This document shows positions 28,873 to 43,697 of a DNA stretch of 64,000 nt, piece after piece (the first letter of the stretch is position 1; each line of letters opens with the position of its first letter). Below the pieces are notes generated by a model, which saw only the letters and a program-made list of their open reading frames with translations, was not told the origin of the DNA and made no database searches. Origin of the DNA: Eledone cirrhosa. Lineage: Eukaryota. The DNA lies in NCBI GenBank assembly GCA_964016885.1, contig OZ024740.1:245086001-245150000 (forward strand), read 5' to 3'. Position numbers and translations under genes: made by a program.

Positions 28873-29606
28873 GTGGGTGTCGGTGTTCGCGCGCGCGTGT
28901 GTGTATGTGTGTTATTCTCAGTGTATGTAACTATGTGTGTTTTCGAAAAAAAAGACCATCAGCATGAATTTAGATATTTCCTGTAAGTGGTGATGTATTG
29001 AATGGCGCACGTCAAAAATTTCTCAAGTAATTGAAATCTGCCTCTTAGTTGGAGAAAGGAAACAAAACCTGGCGATTACTATAAGCGATTCCCAAAGAAA
29101 AGTTTAGATATTTTCAACAAATTACGAATTGATTTCGCAGAATGTAATTTTCGTACTTTTGATAAAGATCTGATATTTGTTATCAGGAAGCGTGACAATT
29201 ACGGCCATGTCAATAAAGCATATTCTTCTCAAACCTACTTTGATGAATAAACATGGATTTTTACAAGAAGAAAAATAGTTAAGAAGAATTTTGGCCGGTA
29301 TTATTTGGTTGAATTGCAAAAAAAATAAATATAATAATAATTAGTAGAGGAAAATAACTCAAGTGGACCAATGACAGTTTAGGCAGATGGTATGTGGTGA
29401 TATACCTACTAGCCTACACAATCGTTCTGCTTTTCTTTACTAACAATTTCCGCAAAGTGTTTGTTTTCTTTCTCCAACTCATATGCCAATTTTAATTCAT
29501 TAAGAATGTTTGGTGCCCAGCTATCAGTACATAACACCTACGTGGAATATATATATATATATGTATATGTGTGTGATGTGTATGCGTGTATGTGTCTGTG
29601 TGTGAT

Positions 29607-29967
29607 GGTGGACAGTATGGTTGAACGGTTAAGAAGTCTGTTTTGCAGCCATTAGACCCCAGGTTTGATCACATCACGTGACATCTTGGTCGAGTGTCAT
29701 TTACCAGAGCCTTGGGTCGACTCATACCTTGTGAGTGAAATTAAGTATACGAAAGCTGTTTGGAAGTCCGTCGATATAAACTCTACCTCTAAATTTAAAG
29801 GGCCAGCTTTGTTATACAGATGTCGTGCTGTAAAGCGTAAACGTGTCTGTGGAATGCTCAACCACTTGCACATTAATTTCACGAGCTGCTTGTTCTGCTG
29901 ATCGAACTAGAACACTCATCGTCGAAACCATCGGAGATCCGTTACGTGTATGCATGCCTGTATATAC

Positions 29968-30011
<44 letters not shown>

Positions 30012-30380
30012 CCGTTCAAGGGGTAATTCCTTATATGGGAAGGTTGTAGTTGTCATGCGTGTGCGTGTTTTTCCATGTGTATGTGACTATCAGCGCAATA
30101 CGGCCGAATGGTAAAAAAAATAAGTTGGCTATCATGAGGTTCCAGATCTGATTCCACTGCATGGCATCTTGAACAATGTCTGCTTTTATTGTTTTCGAGT
30201 TGATCCAAGTCTTCTATTTGAAATTGAGTAAACGGAAACTGTGCGGAAGCCCGTCAGATAAACTGTACTTGTATTTCAAAGAAACAACCTTGCCACAATC
30301 TGTATCACGCTGAACCTCCTTGAAAATTACATTATATGTACACATCTCTGTGGAATACTCGGGCACTTACATGTTAATTT
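29607..30380 (+). mobile_element. Two diverged tRNA-derived SINE copies (about 29607-29950 and 30095-30380)
   Basis: Degenerate A/B boxes; body shared with 32315-33030. Confidence 0.55.
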
Positions 30381-30707
30381 CCCGAGATTTAACATGCCAT
30401 CTATCCATTTGGTGCTTTCAACGGAGTTTACTTTCTTCCAGACATTTAAGCCAAGTTTCCTATTTGAAGATACGTTCCCCTTTTCAATCCGCCTCGATAG
30501 TTCTAAAAGGATGCCATGGGCTCTGCTTTTTCCTTCTTAAGTAAACATTGTAAAATTTAACGTGTATGTGTGTGTATGTGACTGAGTATAATCAATCTAT
30601 TCACGAGAAAAAGCAACAAAACCCTCCAAAACTCATTAAAAGATTCAAAAACAGACTAACAGACTATGTCCTTATTTAAATGAGTTTTCCTGTTTACAAG
30701 CGAACAA

Positions 30708-30738
<31 letters not shown>

Positions 30739-31212
30739 AAACTATACGTAATAAACAACAAACAGTAAAATAAAGATGAAAAAACATTATCTAGAGGGGG
30801 TGCGGCTGTGTCATTCTGTAGACGACGTATTTTGAAAAAGTCCAAAAAATTCCTATCCTGTCGACATAATTGTGTTATTGAATCAAGTATAACTTCCGGT
30901 AGTGACAATGGGTAGCTGAGATTTTTAACACAAACACATTGCATTCGAAAATATTTCACTGGAGGTCTCTCCCCCTTTCTCCCTCTCTTACTCCCTCACT
31001 CTCTCTCCTTTTCTCGCCCCCCCCCCCTCTCTTGCTCTTGTTATTTGGGTGAGTTCATAACGGTGAAAAAAATAAATAAAATACAAATCTAAACTAAAAT
31101 GAAAATAAAAATAAATAAAAGCCAACTAAATAATTCGGTTTTGAGATAACACTGGTGGAAACTACACAACAATGTATTTACGTCCTCACTCACACCTTCT
31201 CTTTCTCTCACA

Positions 31213-31275
<63 letters not shown>

Positions 31276-32474
31276 TCTGTTTTCACAATTCTATCGACAT
31301 TCTTTCCTGGTGAATAATAGACCGGAAACCAAGTCTTCAAAAATAATAATAACAATAATAATAAAGGCTGAAATTTAGTTTTAAATGTTTCTTTCACTGA
31401 TCCTCCGTGGATAATTAGTGAATCTCCTTTCCCCATATCTATTTTTCAATTTTACCCTTCCTCCTCTTCCTTTTCCCCACCTATCTCATCCCTTTCTGTC
31501 TCTCAGTTTTCCGTCATTAAAACGTAATAATTTATCGTCTGTTATTCTAACGTTTTTTTTTTCTTCCATGACATTCAATTGTTCCACTTGTGAACACATT
31601 TCTTTATTTTCTCTTGAAATGACTATTACATGTCTTTGTGTCTTGTGTTATTATTCCATTTACATCCAAGATACAATATAGAAATGAATATAAATTGATC
31701 CTAGTACATGGCTGGTACTCTATTTGTTTATTTAGTTATTTATTGTTGACACTGGTAATGTCAAAGACAAAATTGACCTTCTGATTTTGAATTCAAATTG
31801 CACACAGCAGTAACAAAATACAACAGTCATCTTATTCGATGTTCTAACGATTCTACTGAAGCACAGCTCTAATTACTGTTACTGAAATTTGATGTAAGAA
31901 AATTATGTAGCCACTGAAACGATTCTGCCAAAGCACCGTCCAGGTTATAGTTGCTATCATGCTGTCTTATTGTCCTTTAATTATAAGTAAAACTTACAAT
32001 GTTGTCGGTGGCAAATTGGTTGTGTCTAGGCATTAAGTTAAAAATCCACTGAGAGCAACATCGCCGTTGATTCTTTCGAAACTGATAAAAAGTATCAGTC
32101 CAGTACTGGTGTCAATTCTTACTATGTATTTTTTTCTCGCTTCCTCACTATTATTCACTTTCTTTTTCAGTGAGATATCAACTGTTTTCAAGCCTGGGGA
32201 GGTGGTGTGCTTCACCAGGCTGAAAATGCCAAAGACACACTGTATGTCACTACGGTGTTTCAACGACTCTACCAGGGGTTACTACATACATACATTTACA
32301 TAAACAAAGTGGACGCAGGCATAGCAGAATGATAAAGAAGTTCACTTCCTAATCATAAGGTTCTTGGTCTGATCCCACTGCATGATTTTTACTATAGGGT
32401 CGTGTCGACATAAGATTTGTGAGTAAAACTGGGTAAACGGAAACTGTATGAAAGTCCGTCGGCTGAATTGCACC

Positions 32475-32965
32475 CAGGGCCGGATTTAATGGGAGGCAAA
32501 GGGGGCAATTCCCCCACCCTGCAAATAGAACTATATTTTTAACAGGAAATATTTAATGTCCTTACTGTGGTAAAATTCATCTTTAGGCACATCAGCTTAT
32601 CAGAACACTATTTACTGCACCCAGTAAACACTCTAAAGTGGTTATGTTAGGGAGGGCATCCAGCCAGAGAAACCGTGCCAAATATGCAATGTATGAGCAA
32701 TATGAGGCTACTCCGATATATCTGGTCTCGGATTGTCCAACACCTGTCAGTGTGGAAGGTGGAAGTAATATAAGGATGGTTAGATTTTTTATGATTTAAT
32801 ACCTGTGTGTATAACTTTTCAATTCGAATTACTTTCTCCAACCGACTTTGATGTGTAAAATTGGGGGCTTGATGTGTATTCTAATTGTTTGTGTATGAAG
32901 CCCCACCCCCTCACTCAAAAAAGCCTGAAGTGCCCCGGTCCCCTCAATGTCTAAATCCGGTTCTG
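32475..32965. mobile_element. hAT-like MITE inserted into a SINE
   Basis: TIRs cagggccggattta and taaatccggttctg; flanking 8-mers attgcacc and attgtact resemble a decayed TSD; SINE sequence on both sides. Confidence 0.7.
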
Positions 32966-33361
32966 ATTGTACTTAAAAGGTTTTCCTTGTCACACGCCGT
33001 GTAACGCTGATTCTGCCTGAAAATCACGTTTCAGGCACATCACCAAAAAGCGAGGGGTCAGTGGAGGCACTAAATGGCACTTCCGTAAAACTTTCAATGC
33101 TGCACCCTCAGATTTAGAAAGGAATTACGACTTATTCTGAAATTCCACCTTAGAATCATTATGAGTTCATTGCCCACCCAAAATATTTCGAATTGACCCA
33201 CTCCAAGCGTCAAAGTCTGACGATGGGACCTGCACTGTTTATGAAACACTCAACCACTTATACATTAATTTAGTGTGCTGAAGGTTTTGTTGAAGGTTTT
33301 GCTGAAGGTTTTGCTGAAGCAGACGAATGATCCATATTGCAGTTATTAAGATAGGCTTATC

Positions 33362-33562
33362 CGAGAGGGTGCTGGAAAGTTCCTGGTTTTGGGTAAAAGA
33401 AAATACAGGAGGATCAGTTAATTATGATTTTATTTAGATTCACATACTTATTGCAGTGGTCCTCCAGTTTTTCTAAGCCCTATAAAAAGAGCTCGGAAGG
33501 TTGGGCCTCCAACCAGGCCTCTGTAGCAGCGATCAAGCCCGGTACTTTACAGCATCCCCTCG
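33362..33562. mobile_element. Mariner-type MITE (3' half also at 57258-57372)
   Basis: Imperfect TIRs cgagagggtgctggaaagttcc and ggtactttacagcatcccctcg, followed by TA. Confidence 0.7.
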
Positions 33563-36080
33563 TATTTCTTCATACTCTTTCACTATTTATCCACGATGAA
33601 ACATCACACATATCTAGCAGCAATCGTTTCGATAAAATAACCGGCAATGAATGTAGGAACATCTATGTGGTCACTCAACCTGTTAGAAATAGCAGCCTGA
33701 GCTCCCTCAAATTACACCCTAATATCTTAAAGAAAGTACATACAGGATAAGACCAGAGTACACTAATAGCTGGAATGTCTTTGATCCTAAATCAACTCAA
33801 TGAGAGATATGCTGGGGTTAAACAGCAGCAACAACAAATGGTTTGTATAAAAAAAGGTCATTGCAACAGAACCGACTCCGCTAAATGCTCCCAATGAATA
33901 TTGCATGTCTTCGTATCTTTTATCATAATTCCATCTACATCCAAAATATATAGTATGTATGAGGCCGTAACTCCTGATGGACTCGTAGGGGCTCCGGAGT
34001 GGATATTTTTAAAGGCTGGTGAAGCCCATCTCCTCTCCAAAGCTGAACACACCGATTTCTCCCAGAAAAGGGGGAGGAAGAAAAAGAAGCAAAGTAAAGG
34101 AAGAGATACTGAAGAAGAAACAACCCCGATACTAAACTGCTACTTTTTTATCGACCTAGGTAAGAAGAAAGTCTAAGTTGACCTCGGTAGGGTACTAACT
34201 CAGAGCGCCTGAAAGAATACGCAAAGCATGCTGTCCGATGTCCTAACGACTCTTCCATTTCGCCATCCCTAGGATATATTAAAGGAATGAATATAATTGG
34301 AAGCTAGTACTTTATGTTTTGTCAATACCGGAAATGTCAAAGACAAAATTGACTTTAGTGTGATTTTTAATTTAGGTGGTGGAGTTATACTGGGCTGCGG
34401 ATTAAGAACGATATCTCCAGCGAACTTCCATCCATATTTTGTCTACGAAATTTCGCTCAAAAAGCGTTGGTCGATTCAGATCATTCCTGATCGAGTAAAC
34501 CCATGATCAAAGGCATTCCAGCCGAGGCCTTTCAAGGAGAATCTAAGATTACATTATCTAATTCGTCCTTCCTATATTACGACAGCTGTGTGTGATTTGG
34601 GGAATACTTAGCGGTTATTTCCAACAAATCGTGATTCCGTCATTGGCTCACTCGTATTCCTGATGCTTTCAATGCCAGGAAAACAAATGATTGCTGTAAA
34701 TATGTTTTGATCACAAATTGAATAGGTCACTTTTAACCCAACCAAAATTGTCTGTGTAGTGCCTCTGTTGCAGACTTCGTGTGAATGAGCGGTGTATTAT
34801 GTGGTCATTTATCTTGCTAAAAACATCAGCTAAATTACCCTCAAATCATACCAAAGGCGACAAATTGTCCGACTCAATAGAAATTTGTATTTGTTTCGGC
34901 TTTCGGCACACTGAGTTCATATCCTGCCAAGATTAACCTTTACCTTTCATTGTTCTGATGGTGGATTGGTGGAATTGTTATATCGTCGGACGAGATGCCT
35001 TGCGCTCTTTGCGTTCTGAGTTTAAATCTCACCCTGGCCTACTTGTGTGGTAGACTTAATACGTCAATTGGTTTAACACCACTACCTAACCCTTGGTACC
35101 TTTACTACCTTTCTCCTTCCTTCTCCCCCAACAGTCTCAGGAGGCCTGAGAAGTGTCATGAGCATGCCCTTCCCTCCCTGACTAAATAGTAGAAGCATCT
35201 TACGTTCATTCCTTGTATCTCCTCTATCTCAACTTAATTGTCACCAGACTATCTGTCCATATGGTCTAGCTTCTCTACCCATACCACATACACCAACGCC
35301 ACCACGCTCTCCACCTACACCACCTACACCAACCCAAACTACCTTCTTCCTACACCACCAACGCCACCACGTTCTCCACCTACACCACCTACACCAACCC
35401 AAACTACCTTCTTCCTACACCACCTCCACCAACGCCACCGCTTTCTCCACCGCTCCTACACCAACGTCCCCACCTTATCCACCCACACCACCTCCCCCTA
35501 CATAAGGTGGAATCAGCAAGAATGTACTTCTCTTCATTTCATCACTGCCACCAGCATCACTCCATATCTTCTCATCCTCACCCCCCCCCCCACATTTTAC
35601 ATTCTTCTTCCTTCTTATTCTTATTAATTTGTTTTTGTTTTCTCTTTGTTTTATTATTTCCTATTTGCTCATTCTCTTTTTTAAATCAGAAATAAATTAC
35701 AGTTTCTTTTGTCAATTACACCCACCCACTACTGCTCACCTCCTTAGCCCTCACCTGCCAATTTACCCCTTTAACACCCTCCACCGCAACTTACCCCTCT
35801 AACACCCTCCACTACAACTCACCCCTCTAACCTCCCTCTATTTCTCTCTTCAACTCATTTTCTTAACCCCTCTCTTCCCCCATTTCTTTTCTTTTCATTC
35901 TTATGTTTCATTATTTGATCATGAGATATTGTCGTTCTTACGCCCCAACATCCGACCCCCCTTCACTTGCTCACTATCTCTCTCTTTCTATCTCACGTCT
36001 TTCTCTATTATTTCCCTCTACTATTCACATACACAGTTTAATGTATCTATTCAATAAACTCATAAACACACGCATATATA

Positions 36081-36273
<193 letters not shown>

Positions 36274-36300
36274 AAAAATTGAACAGGGACAGAACAAAGA

Positions 36301-36335
<35 letters not shown>

Positions 36336-36432
36336 CGCGGTTCGGAAATATTCCTTTCTTTGAGCTAATTAATTGTAAAAGACTATTTGAGTTTATAATT
36401 CTATATATAATATATATATATATATATGTGTG

Positions 36433-36499
<67 letters not shown>

Positions 36500-36503
<4 letters not shown>

Positions 36504-37229
36504 AATTAAGTTAAAAATGTACATCCACATATGTATACTGAAATACTAGTATGCATATGAATACACACACGTATACATATGTAGATGTACCGAGTTACAT
36601 CGGTACATCTACATATGTATACGTGTGTGTATTCATATGCATACTAGTATTTCAGTATACATATGTGGATGTACATTTTTAACTTAATTGTTTAAGCGTC
36701 AGTCATACAAAAGTGAGTTACAAACGAAACGAAATTTAATTTCGTTTCGTTATTTGTTTTTATCGTCTCCGTTGAACCGGTACGTACTCACGCTCTATGC
36801 AAATTAGTCTGCCCACTACTAATTTTCATAGAAAAAGCATATAACGATATGTGCTTTTACGATTCTCTAGAGAGGCCGGAAGATAGGTAAATATTGCTGA
36901 TGAGATGTAACAACATCGAAACTAGTTCAATATTCCTTGTCTGGCTTTCTGGAGAATAGAGGAAAGGTGTTTCCTCAAAAACCAGTATGACTCTAAAAAC
37001 CGGTTTGTCTGTGTGTTTACATACAGAATAGCTGGACACGCACAGTAAAGTGACCAGTGAAAAACTCGGTACATCTACATATGTATACGTGTGTGTATTC
37101 ATATGCATACTAGTATTTCAGTATACATATGTGGATGTACATTTTTAACTTAATTGTTTAAGCGTCAGTCATACAAAAGTGAGTTACAAACGAAACGAAA
37201 TTTAATTTCGTTTCGTTATTTGTTTTTAT
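36500..37229 (+). mobile_element. Retrozyme-like element: inverted head plus partial tandem with 466-bp period
   Basis: 36601-36763 is repeated at 37067-37229. 36500-36596 is an inverted copy. HHR at 36890-36934; (TA)n on both sides. Confidence 0.85.
36890..36934 (+). ncRNA. Canonical type I hammerhead ribozyme
   Basis: aatattg-CTGATGA-gatgt-aaca-acatc-GAAA-ctag-TT-caatatt. Confidence 0.92.
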
Positions 37230-37338
37230 ATATATATATATATATATATATAACGCGGTTCGGAAATATTCCTTTCTTTGAGCTAATTAATTGTAAAAGA
37301 CTATTTGAGTTTATAATTCTATATATAATATATATATA

Positions 37339-37399
<61 letters not shown>

Positions 37400-38714
37400 T
37401 TTAGTATAGCATTAACGAAGCTTTAGGCTGCGGCCAAGCTACGAATGCAAATTCGGAATGTAGTTTTACCACTCGATGGAGAATAATACCCCAGAGTAAT
37501 AACAATACGTTTAGACAGCTTTGCAAATCAAATATAGCGATCGGCAGTCCAGCCGCATTGCCATAGCAACGAAAAAGCCTAGACTCAGGAAAAGATTTTA
37601 TAGACATAAGAATACACATTCCACCTACGCTCTTTCTGAGGTTTTTTTCTTTGTCTGTTTCTATGGCGTCTTTTCACTTTACTTCAACCCTTTTCTTGAC
37701 AAGTCAGATCCAACAGCGGCTATTTTCAGTCACATTCCACAAACTTCTGATCAGTAAGAAACCAGGCAACCAAGCTGGCGGGCAGATAGGCGTGCAAGGG
37801 TAACCAACACTCAACAGTGTACTTTTAAACAGTTGTTTGACTCAATGAATACAGATTTGACAGCTAAAATTAAATACGATATAAATTCTTGATAAATGAA
37901 ACCGCCACACAAACTGCATTTTTCAAATTCCACAAAGATTTTATCAAAGTTAAGAGTCAACCATTTTTATTTATCCGTCAAGACGATTAGATTAACGTTG
38001 ATAAAAAAAAATAATAAAGATAAAAAAGGTTTTTACACTCACTAAAATATGGTTCCAGTAAATCAAAAAAAAAAGAAAGAAATGGCTTGAACGGAGAACA
38101 TTTCCCATAAAGATTTAAATTTGTTAAAATAGATTTTTGTTTCTCCATATTATTACAATATGAGGCGGCGTATTTGCAAAGTCGTTCGAGCGTTGAATAG
38201 AATGATTTATATTATTCGTTCTGGCTTTCTATGTTATGAGTTTAAATCCCACCTAGTTCAACTTTGCCTAGCTTTCTTTCGAGATCGATAAATAAAGTAC
38301 CAGTCTAGTACGCTATTTCACTCGCTCTCTCTTCCTCTGAAATAAATCGGCTGTCGAACAGGCCCCTCAAACAAAGGCGTGAACGCATCCCTTGATATAT
38401 ATCTTTACTATTTCCGGTAATATTACAGTGTTTTGATGGTCTCATTCACGCCAGTTACCAATTTGGTATTTTTCTCAGACCCGTGAAGAGTAGCCTTTTT
38501 TAGAGGGGCTTTTACTCTCCTCGCCGTAGCTACATCACTGAGTTGGAAGAGATTTCTTAGGAGCAAACATCTCCATTAATAGTTTACCGCTGTTGGTCCG
38601 GAATTGTATATTCGCCTGGCAGGTGCCGGCTTCTATCGTAACTAACCATCATATCTGGTGGCCATATCGCTATCCGCCACCTTCAGTTCGTCCTCTAGCA
38701 GAAGACCTTCTACC

Positions 38715-40390
38715 ATAAATACAAAGGAGTCAAGAATAGAGACCTATAATTGATTTTCTTATTGTCTCTGATCTCTTCGATTCTGTACTGCATGTTCGTG
38801 TTAAGAGGGGGTGTGCTGAGTTGTCAACTGATCACCATCTAGTTATCTACAACTTGAGACTGCCTTAAAGTAAAAAAGGCCCACAAAAGTAGCAAGTCCA
38901 GCTCAACCTACAGGATAAAATAGGAAGCGTTGGTGGATAATGAAGTCATGACCAAGAATGTGGGTAGTATTGCATCCAAATTCAGAGAAATCCCCGAGCA
39001 AACTTAGGACGTTGAAACGGAATGGAAATTGATCTGCTCAGCACTTTCTGCTTCAGCTGCGGGCGAAAACAACTAGGTATGGTGCCGGATGGCAAGAGAA
39101 TCCCTTAGTTCAATCAAGAGTTCAAAGACGCCATCCGAGCAAAGAAGGAGGCTACAAAGCTTGGCTTGAAAATAAGACCTCCTTCTTGCACTTGCGGTAC
39201 AAGCAGCGCGAAAAGTCGCAGAAGAGACAATAAAGGAGTCCAAAGTTAAGTCATGGGAGGACTTTGGGGTTAAGCTGGAATCTGACTTCAGATCAGCAAA
39301 TAAATTGTTCTGGCAGACCATTCGCTGACTTTGTAACTAGAAGTTCTCCTCCACACCTGCTATCAAGAACGTGTCTGGGGGCTCTCCTCTTTTCAGATAG
39401 GTGCATCCTCGTGAGGTGGGAAAAATTCTTAGCTGATCTTCTAAACCCGGTCACAACAGCGTCTTCTGGTGTACACAAGGTGCATCTGTGAGTGATGACT
39501 AACCTCTTGGAAGTTGAGGTTACAAGAGCAATTAGAGAGTTTAAGTGTGACACGGTCGCTAGGAGCGATAATCCTAATTTTCAAAAATGTAGACGAGAGA
39601 TTTCTCCAATTATAGAGTTATCTCTGTGCTAAGTGTCTGGCAAAGATATGTACGGATATTGTTGAGTCCAAGCAAACTGTTGAAGTGTGGTTTTTATTCT
39701 GGGAGCAGAACCGCCAACTAAATATTCACTCTGTGGCAGGTCTTTGAGAAATCGTGGGAGTATTGCCTAGAGGAGTGTTTGATTTATAAACCCCGAAAAT
39801 GCATATCATCGCTTTCCACATGACATATTGTAGAAGTTTCTGCAGGAGTATGGGATCGATGGACTGCTTCTTGTTGCCCTGAAGCCTCTATACGAATGCC
39901 CTGGTATTTGTGTTTAGATAAATGTTGCTACGTCAAAACCATTCAATGTAGGTATCGGACTACGCCAAGATTGTGTACTGTCACCTCTCCTGTTCATAAT
40001 CTTCATGAACTGGATTGATATGCCCAGCCGGGTTAGAAGATGTATCGAAACTGGTGTGTATATAACATCAGTCGACTGAAATTTACGGACACGGTACTAC
40101 TTAACTCGTCAAAAGGTGATCTCTGACATGCTATTGATATATTTGATACCGAATGTTGCACGGCAGAAATGAAAATCAGTGCTACGAAAACTGAGATACC
40201 CGTCCTATGAAGGAAACCTGCACTGTGAACTCTACATGTGAATGGAGTTCCACTGAAGCGGGTGGAGAAGTTTAAATATCTTGAGGCCGTGTTCAGTTCA
40301 TGAGTGATGGAAATCATGAGGCTGGATTAAGTGCAAGACTTGCTGGAGCTGGTGCAGTAATGCGCCAGCTTCAGCATTCAGTCATTAGAT
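38715..40390 (+). mobile_element. Degraded RTE-clade LINE (end of APE endonuclease through RT)
   Basis: HVRVKRG..ELSTDHHLV and GLRQDCVLSPLLFIIFM motifs; the 3' part is homologous to 23600-23690. Confidence 0.85.
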
Positions 40391-40679
40391 GGTGGGAGGT
40401 GGAGATGTTGACAATCTTAATCGAGAAGATCATTTATCAAGGGAATTCAATTTGGAACCATTTCGTCTTTTAGGAGTTTCTAGGCCAAGATTATATAACA
40501 TGCCTTTCCTTTTTTTTAAGATTTCAAGATGTGATTTGACAGATATTTGTAACAGGACCAGCGAAGACGTAGCATCTTCTTTGTTGGTTTGATTTCTTTG
40601 CCACTGCAGGGATAAAATCAGATAAATGAAGACTTATTTCTACTGTATTACTGTGTAATTAGCCAAACTTATTATAGTT

Positions 40680-40890
40680 TCTTAGAAATGAGCCTATTTA
40701 TGACAGTTCCTAAGCAATTAGTTAACTTGTGATAGTTCGTAAATCGTTACTGCTTATAACAGTACCTCGGTAATGAACCTATTTATGATAGATCCTCAGT
40801 AATAAGCATACTTTGATAGTCCATCAGTCATAAGTCTGCTTGTGATAATTCCCGAGTAATAAGCATATTTATGAGAGCTACTGGTTAGCA
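40680..40890. repeat. Degenerate tandem repeat with a short (about 30-bp) unit
   Basis: Recurring a(a/g)cctatttatga.ag..cc..ag.aat motif. Confidence 0.5.
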
Positions 40891-40949
40891 AGTCTATTTA
40901 TTAGAAATAGCAACCAAATTTTCTTCAAAAATACAATTTACCGTGTTAA

Positions 40950-42170
40950 AAAAGAAGCATACATTGTATAGTGTATTCTCAGCCACACTGAAAGATCTGT
41001 TGCGATCCAACAGTTCTTTACTGACGTCAAATCCATACAAAAACGATGAGTATTCTGATCTTCTCAATAGACAATCAAATGTATATATGAGAATAATTGA
41101 GGAAATGGTTGACCTTTTTGAAGTCAAAGAAATGTCTGTTGAGTTAACACAAGATGATATTGCAGCAGCTGTAAAAATGCTCAATAACAATAAAGCCCCG
41201 GGTATTGATGGCATTGGTTCAGAAAAATTTGAAGTCTGGTGGGGAAGGATGGCCGAAGTACTTCTCTCCTTACTTGTACACTATTGGAAAAAAGAATAGG
41301 TGCCTCAAGACTGAGTTGATACTATTCTCATTTCCCTATATAAACCTGTTCCCAAGAATGAACTTCAAATACAAAGTATTTACCTCTCTTGTACATTATC
41401 TTTATACGCGGATAACTGTGACCTTGTAAGTCACAATGAGCGAGGCTTACAGAACCTAATGATTGCGTTAGATTCTACATGTAACGTATTTGGTCCCACA
41501 ATTAATTTGAAAAGAATAAAACCGTTGCAATGCATCAACCTGCCCCTGGAGAACAAATCAACATACCTCCGATTCTAGCTAAGGGTACAGTGCTGAAAGT
41601 TGTGACTTCTTTTGACTACCCGGGTAGCCTGGTACATGTTAATGGAAACTACAGTCTGGTCACAACGCCATATCAAATATAGCACTAAGATCATGGTATA
41701 TGTCTCAGTTGTTCTTTCTGCAGTTCTGTATTGTTCTGAAATATGGACGATATGCACGCGTCATGTGAAAATGTTGGAAAGATTTCATCAGAAATGTCTC
41801 CACCTCATACTCTGAATAAGCTGGTCCTCAATCTTCCCTGACACAGATCCTCACTGGAGTTAAGATCACATCAATCCAAGCCATACTTAGGAATCAACTG
41901 CCATGGACAGGCCATCTTATCTGTATAAACATATTCCCAAGCAAACGTTTTATGGTGGGCTTATGCTAGGAGAGAGAAAAAATATTAAGCCAAAGAAAAG
42001 GTACAAAGACGCTTTAAAATCAAATTTGAACTGCGTTAAATTGATGCAAAAGTCTTGAATCACTTGCGACAGACGGAATCATAGCGAGTTATGTTTTGGA
42101 GCGGTGTTAAAGAGTCTGAGCTTGACAGAGTTAAGCATGCTGAATCGAAAACAAAAATTTCGTAAAAATG
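40950..42170 (+). mobile_element. Degraded RTE/BovB-like LINE with internal deletions
   Basis: AVKMLNNNKAPGIDGI, LYADNCDL and TKIMVYVSVVLSAVLYCSEIWT..HVKMLERFHQKCL. Confidence 0.85.
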
Positions 42171-42592
42171 TGGTTAATAGCAATAGCGTTGGGATAAGAT
42201 TCTCATTCTTTCTTTAAATGTTCCTTGTGCACAAAAGTATGCATATCTCACGCGGGTCTGAGATCGCACCAGCGCCCCCATGCGGGTTAAGTACACATGA
42301 ATTATTGGAATTTCATTATGGAGGGTTGAAGCAGCTCTTGAACCTTCGTAAAAAAAACAAGCAGAAAATGGAGCCAATGGTGAAATAAGACATTGCTGCA
42401 GCATTTGCGGTCAGTTCTTCAAACGCCTTTTTAGTGCTCAAAATTCATTTAAGATATCACGCTAGGAAAGAGCAATTATAGGTAGAAGAAACGGTCAAGT
42501 TCTGCAAGGAGCTGACAGCTACCATGTAGTCATGTGTATATGTATATATATATAATAGATATGTTTCTTTATTAGCCACAGGGGCACAATAT

Positions 42593-42663
<71 letters not shown>

Positions 42664-42927
42664 TAGAGAGAGAGATATATAGATGTATGTGTGTGTGTGT
42701 ACATTTGTATATATGTATGTGTTTTTGTATACATGTATATATAGTTTCTCTCTCTCTCTCTCCTCTCTCACCAATCCCTTTTTTCTTTATATTGTAAGAG
42801 ATTTTGTTTTTAATCTCGCCTCTACTGTACATATCATCTAAAGAATGTTACCATCTCTTAATCCCACCTCGTAAAACTGATTGTTCTTAAATCAAACTTT
42901 CAAAAATAAAGAAATGAATAATAGTAA

Positions 42928-42966
<39 letters not shown>

Positions 42967-43466
42967 AAAGAAAAAATTCACGCCTATTTATTATATTTTT
43001 TCTTTCTTTAAAGAAAAAATGTTATTTATTCACCAATGTTGAATCGCGGTCCAATCCTTAAACAAGTTGTTCACTCCTGCTGCAATCCTACAGATTGTTT
43101 AACAAAGTAGATTTTGTACACAAAATAACAATATATAAAATGAAATATTTTTAGCGGTGATACCACTAACACAGCGTAATTCAGAATAAAGGCGTATATG
43201 AACCCATACACAAAATGTTTATGTACAATAAACATGCATTTATTCATACTGTACAAGTTTTTTCAACAACGGGGCAAGAGTGACGGATGCATACGTTGCA
43301 CTATCGTTATATTTCGTAAGTACATGATTACTTGTGCCTAGATACCGAGGTATCACAGACAATATCGTCTTATAACTATTCTGAGTGAAGTCTTATTTAC
43401 ATATAGTGCAAGCTTAACCGGCTGCAATTAATTGGTATTAGCAACATCTCGCTGTGAATATTTTAA

Positions 43467-43697
43467 CCTTTTCGTTATCATGTTTCTAAAGAAAGACACT
43501 TCCGTATGGTATTTAAATAATTTTGAAAATATTCATGAACTTGGATGAACTTAGTAATATTACGAATTTTTTCTTTATCAAGCTGCTATTTGGAACATAA
43601 AGATTTACATAGAATTTTGATGGAAGTCTTTTCGATAAATATAAACGCTTCAAAACAATCTTTTATCCTAGAAATAAGGTGTCTAGTATCAAAAGGG
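43467..43697. mobile_element. piggyBac-like MITE
   Basis: TTAA|ccttttcgttatca ... tagtatcaaaaggg|TTAA. Confidence 0.6.

Noticed and set aside
33901-34176. 91-aa ORF with a basic NLS-like stretch
   Set aside because: No recognisable domain or clear splice signals, and the end overlaps a SINE remnant.
43302-43364. Minus-strand HHR-like motif
   Set aside because: The core is one base short (CTGTGA) and stem II is unconvincing.
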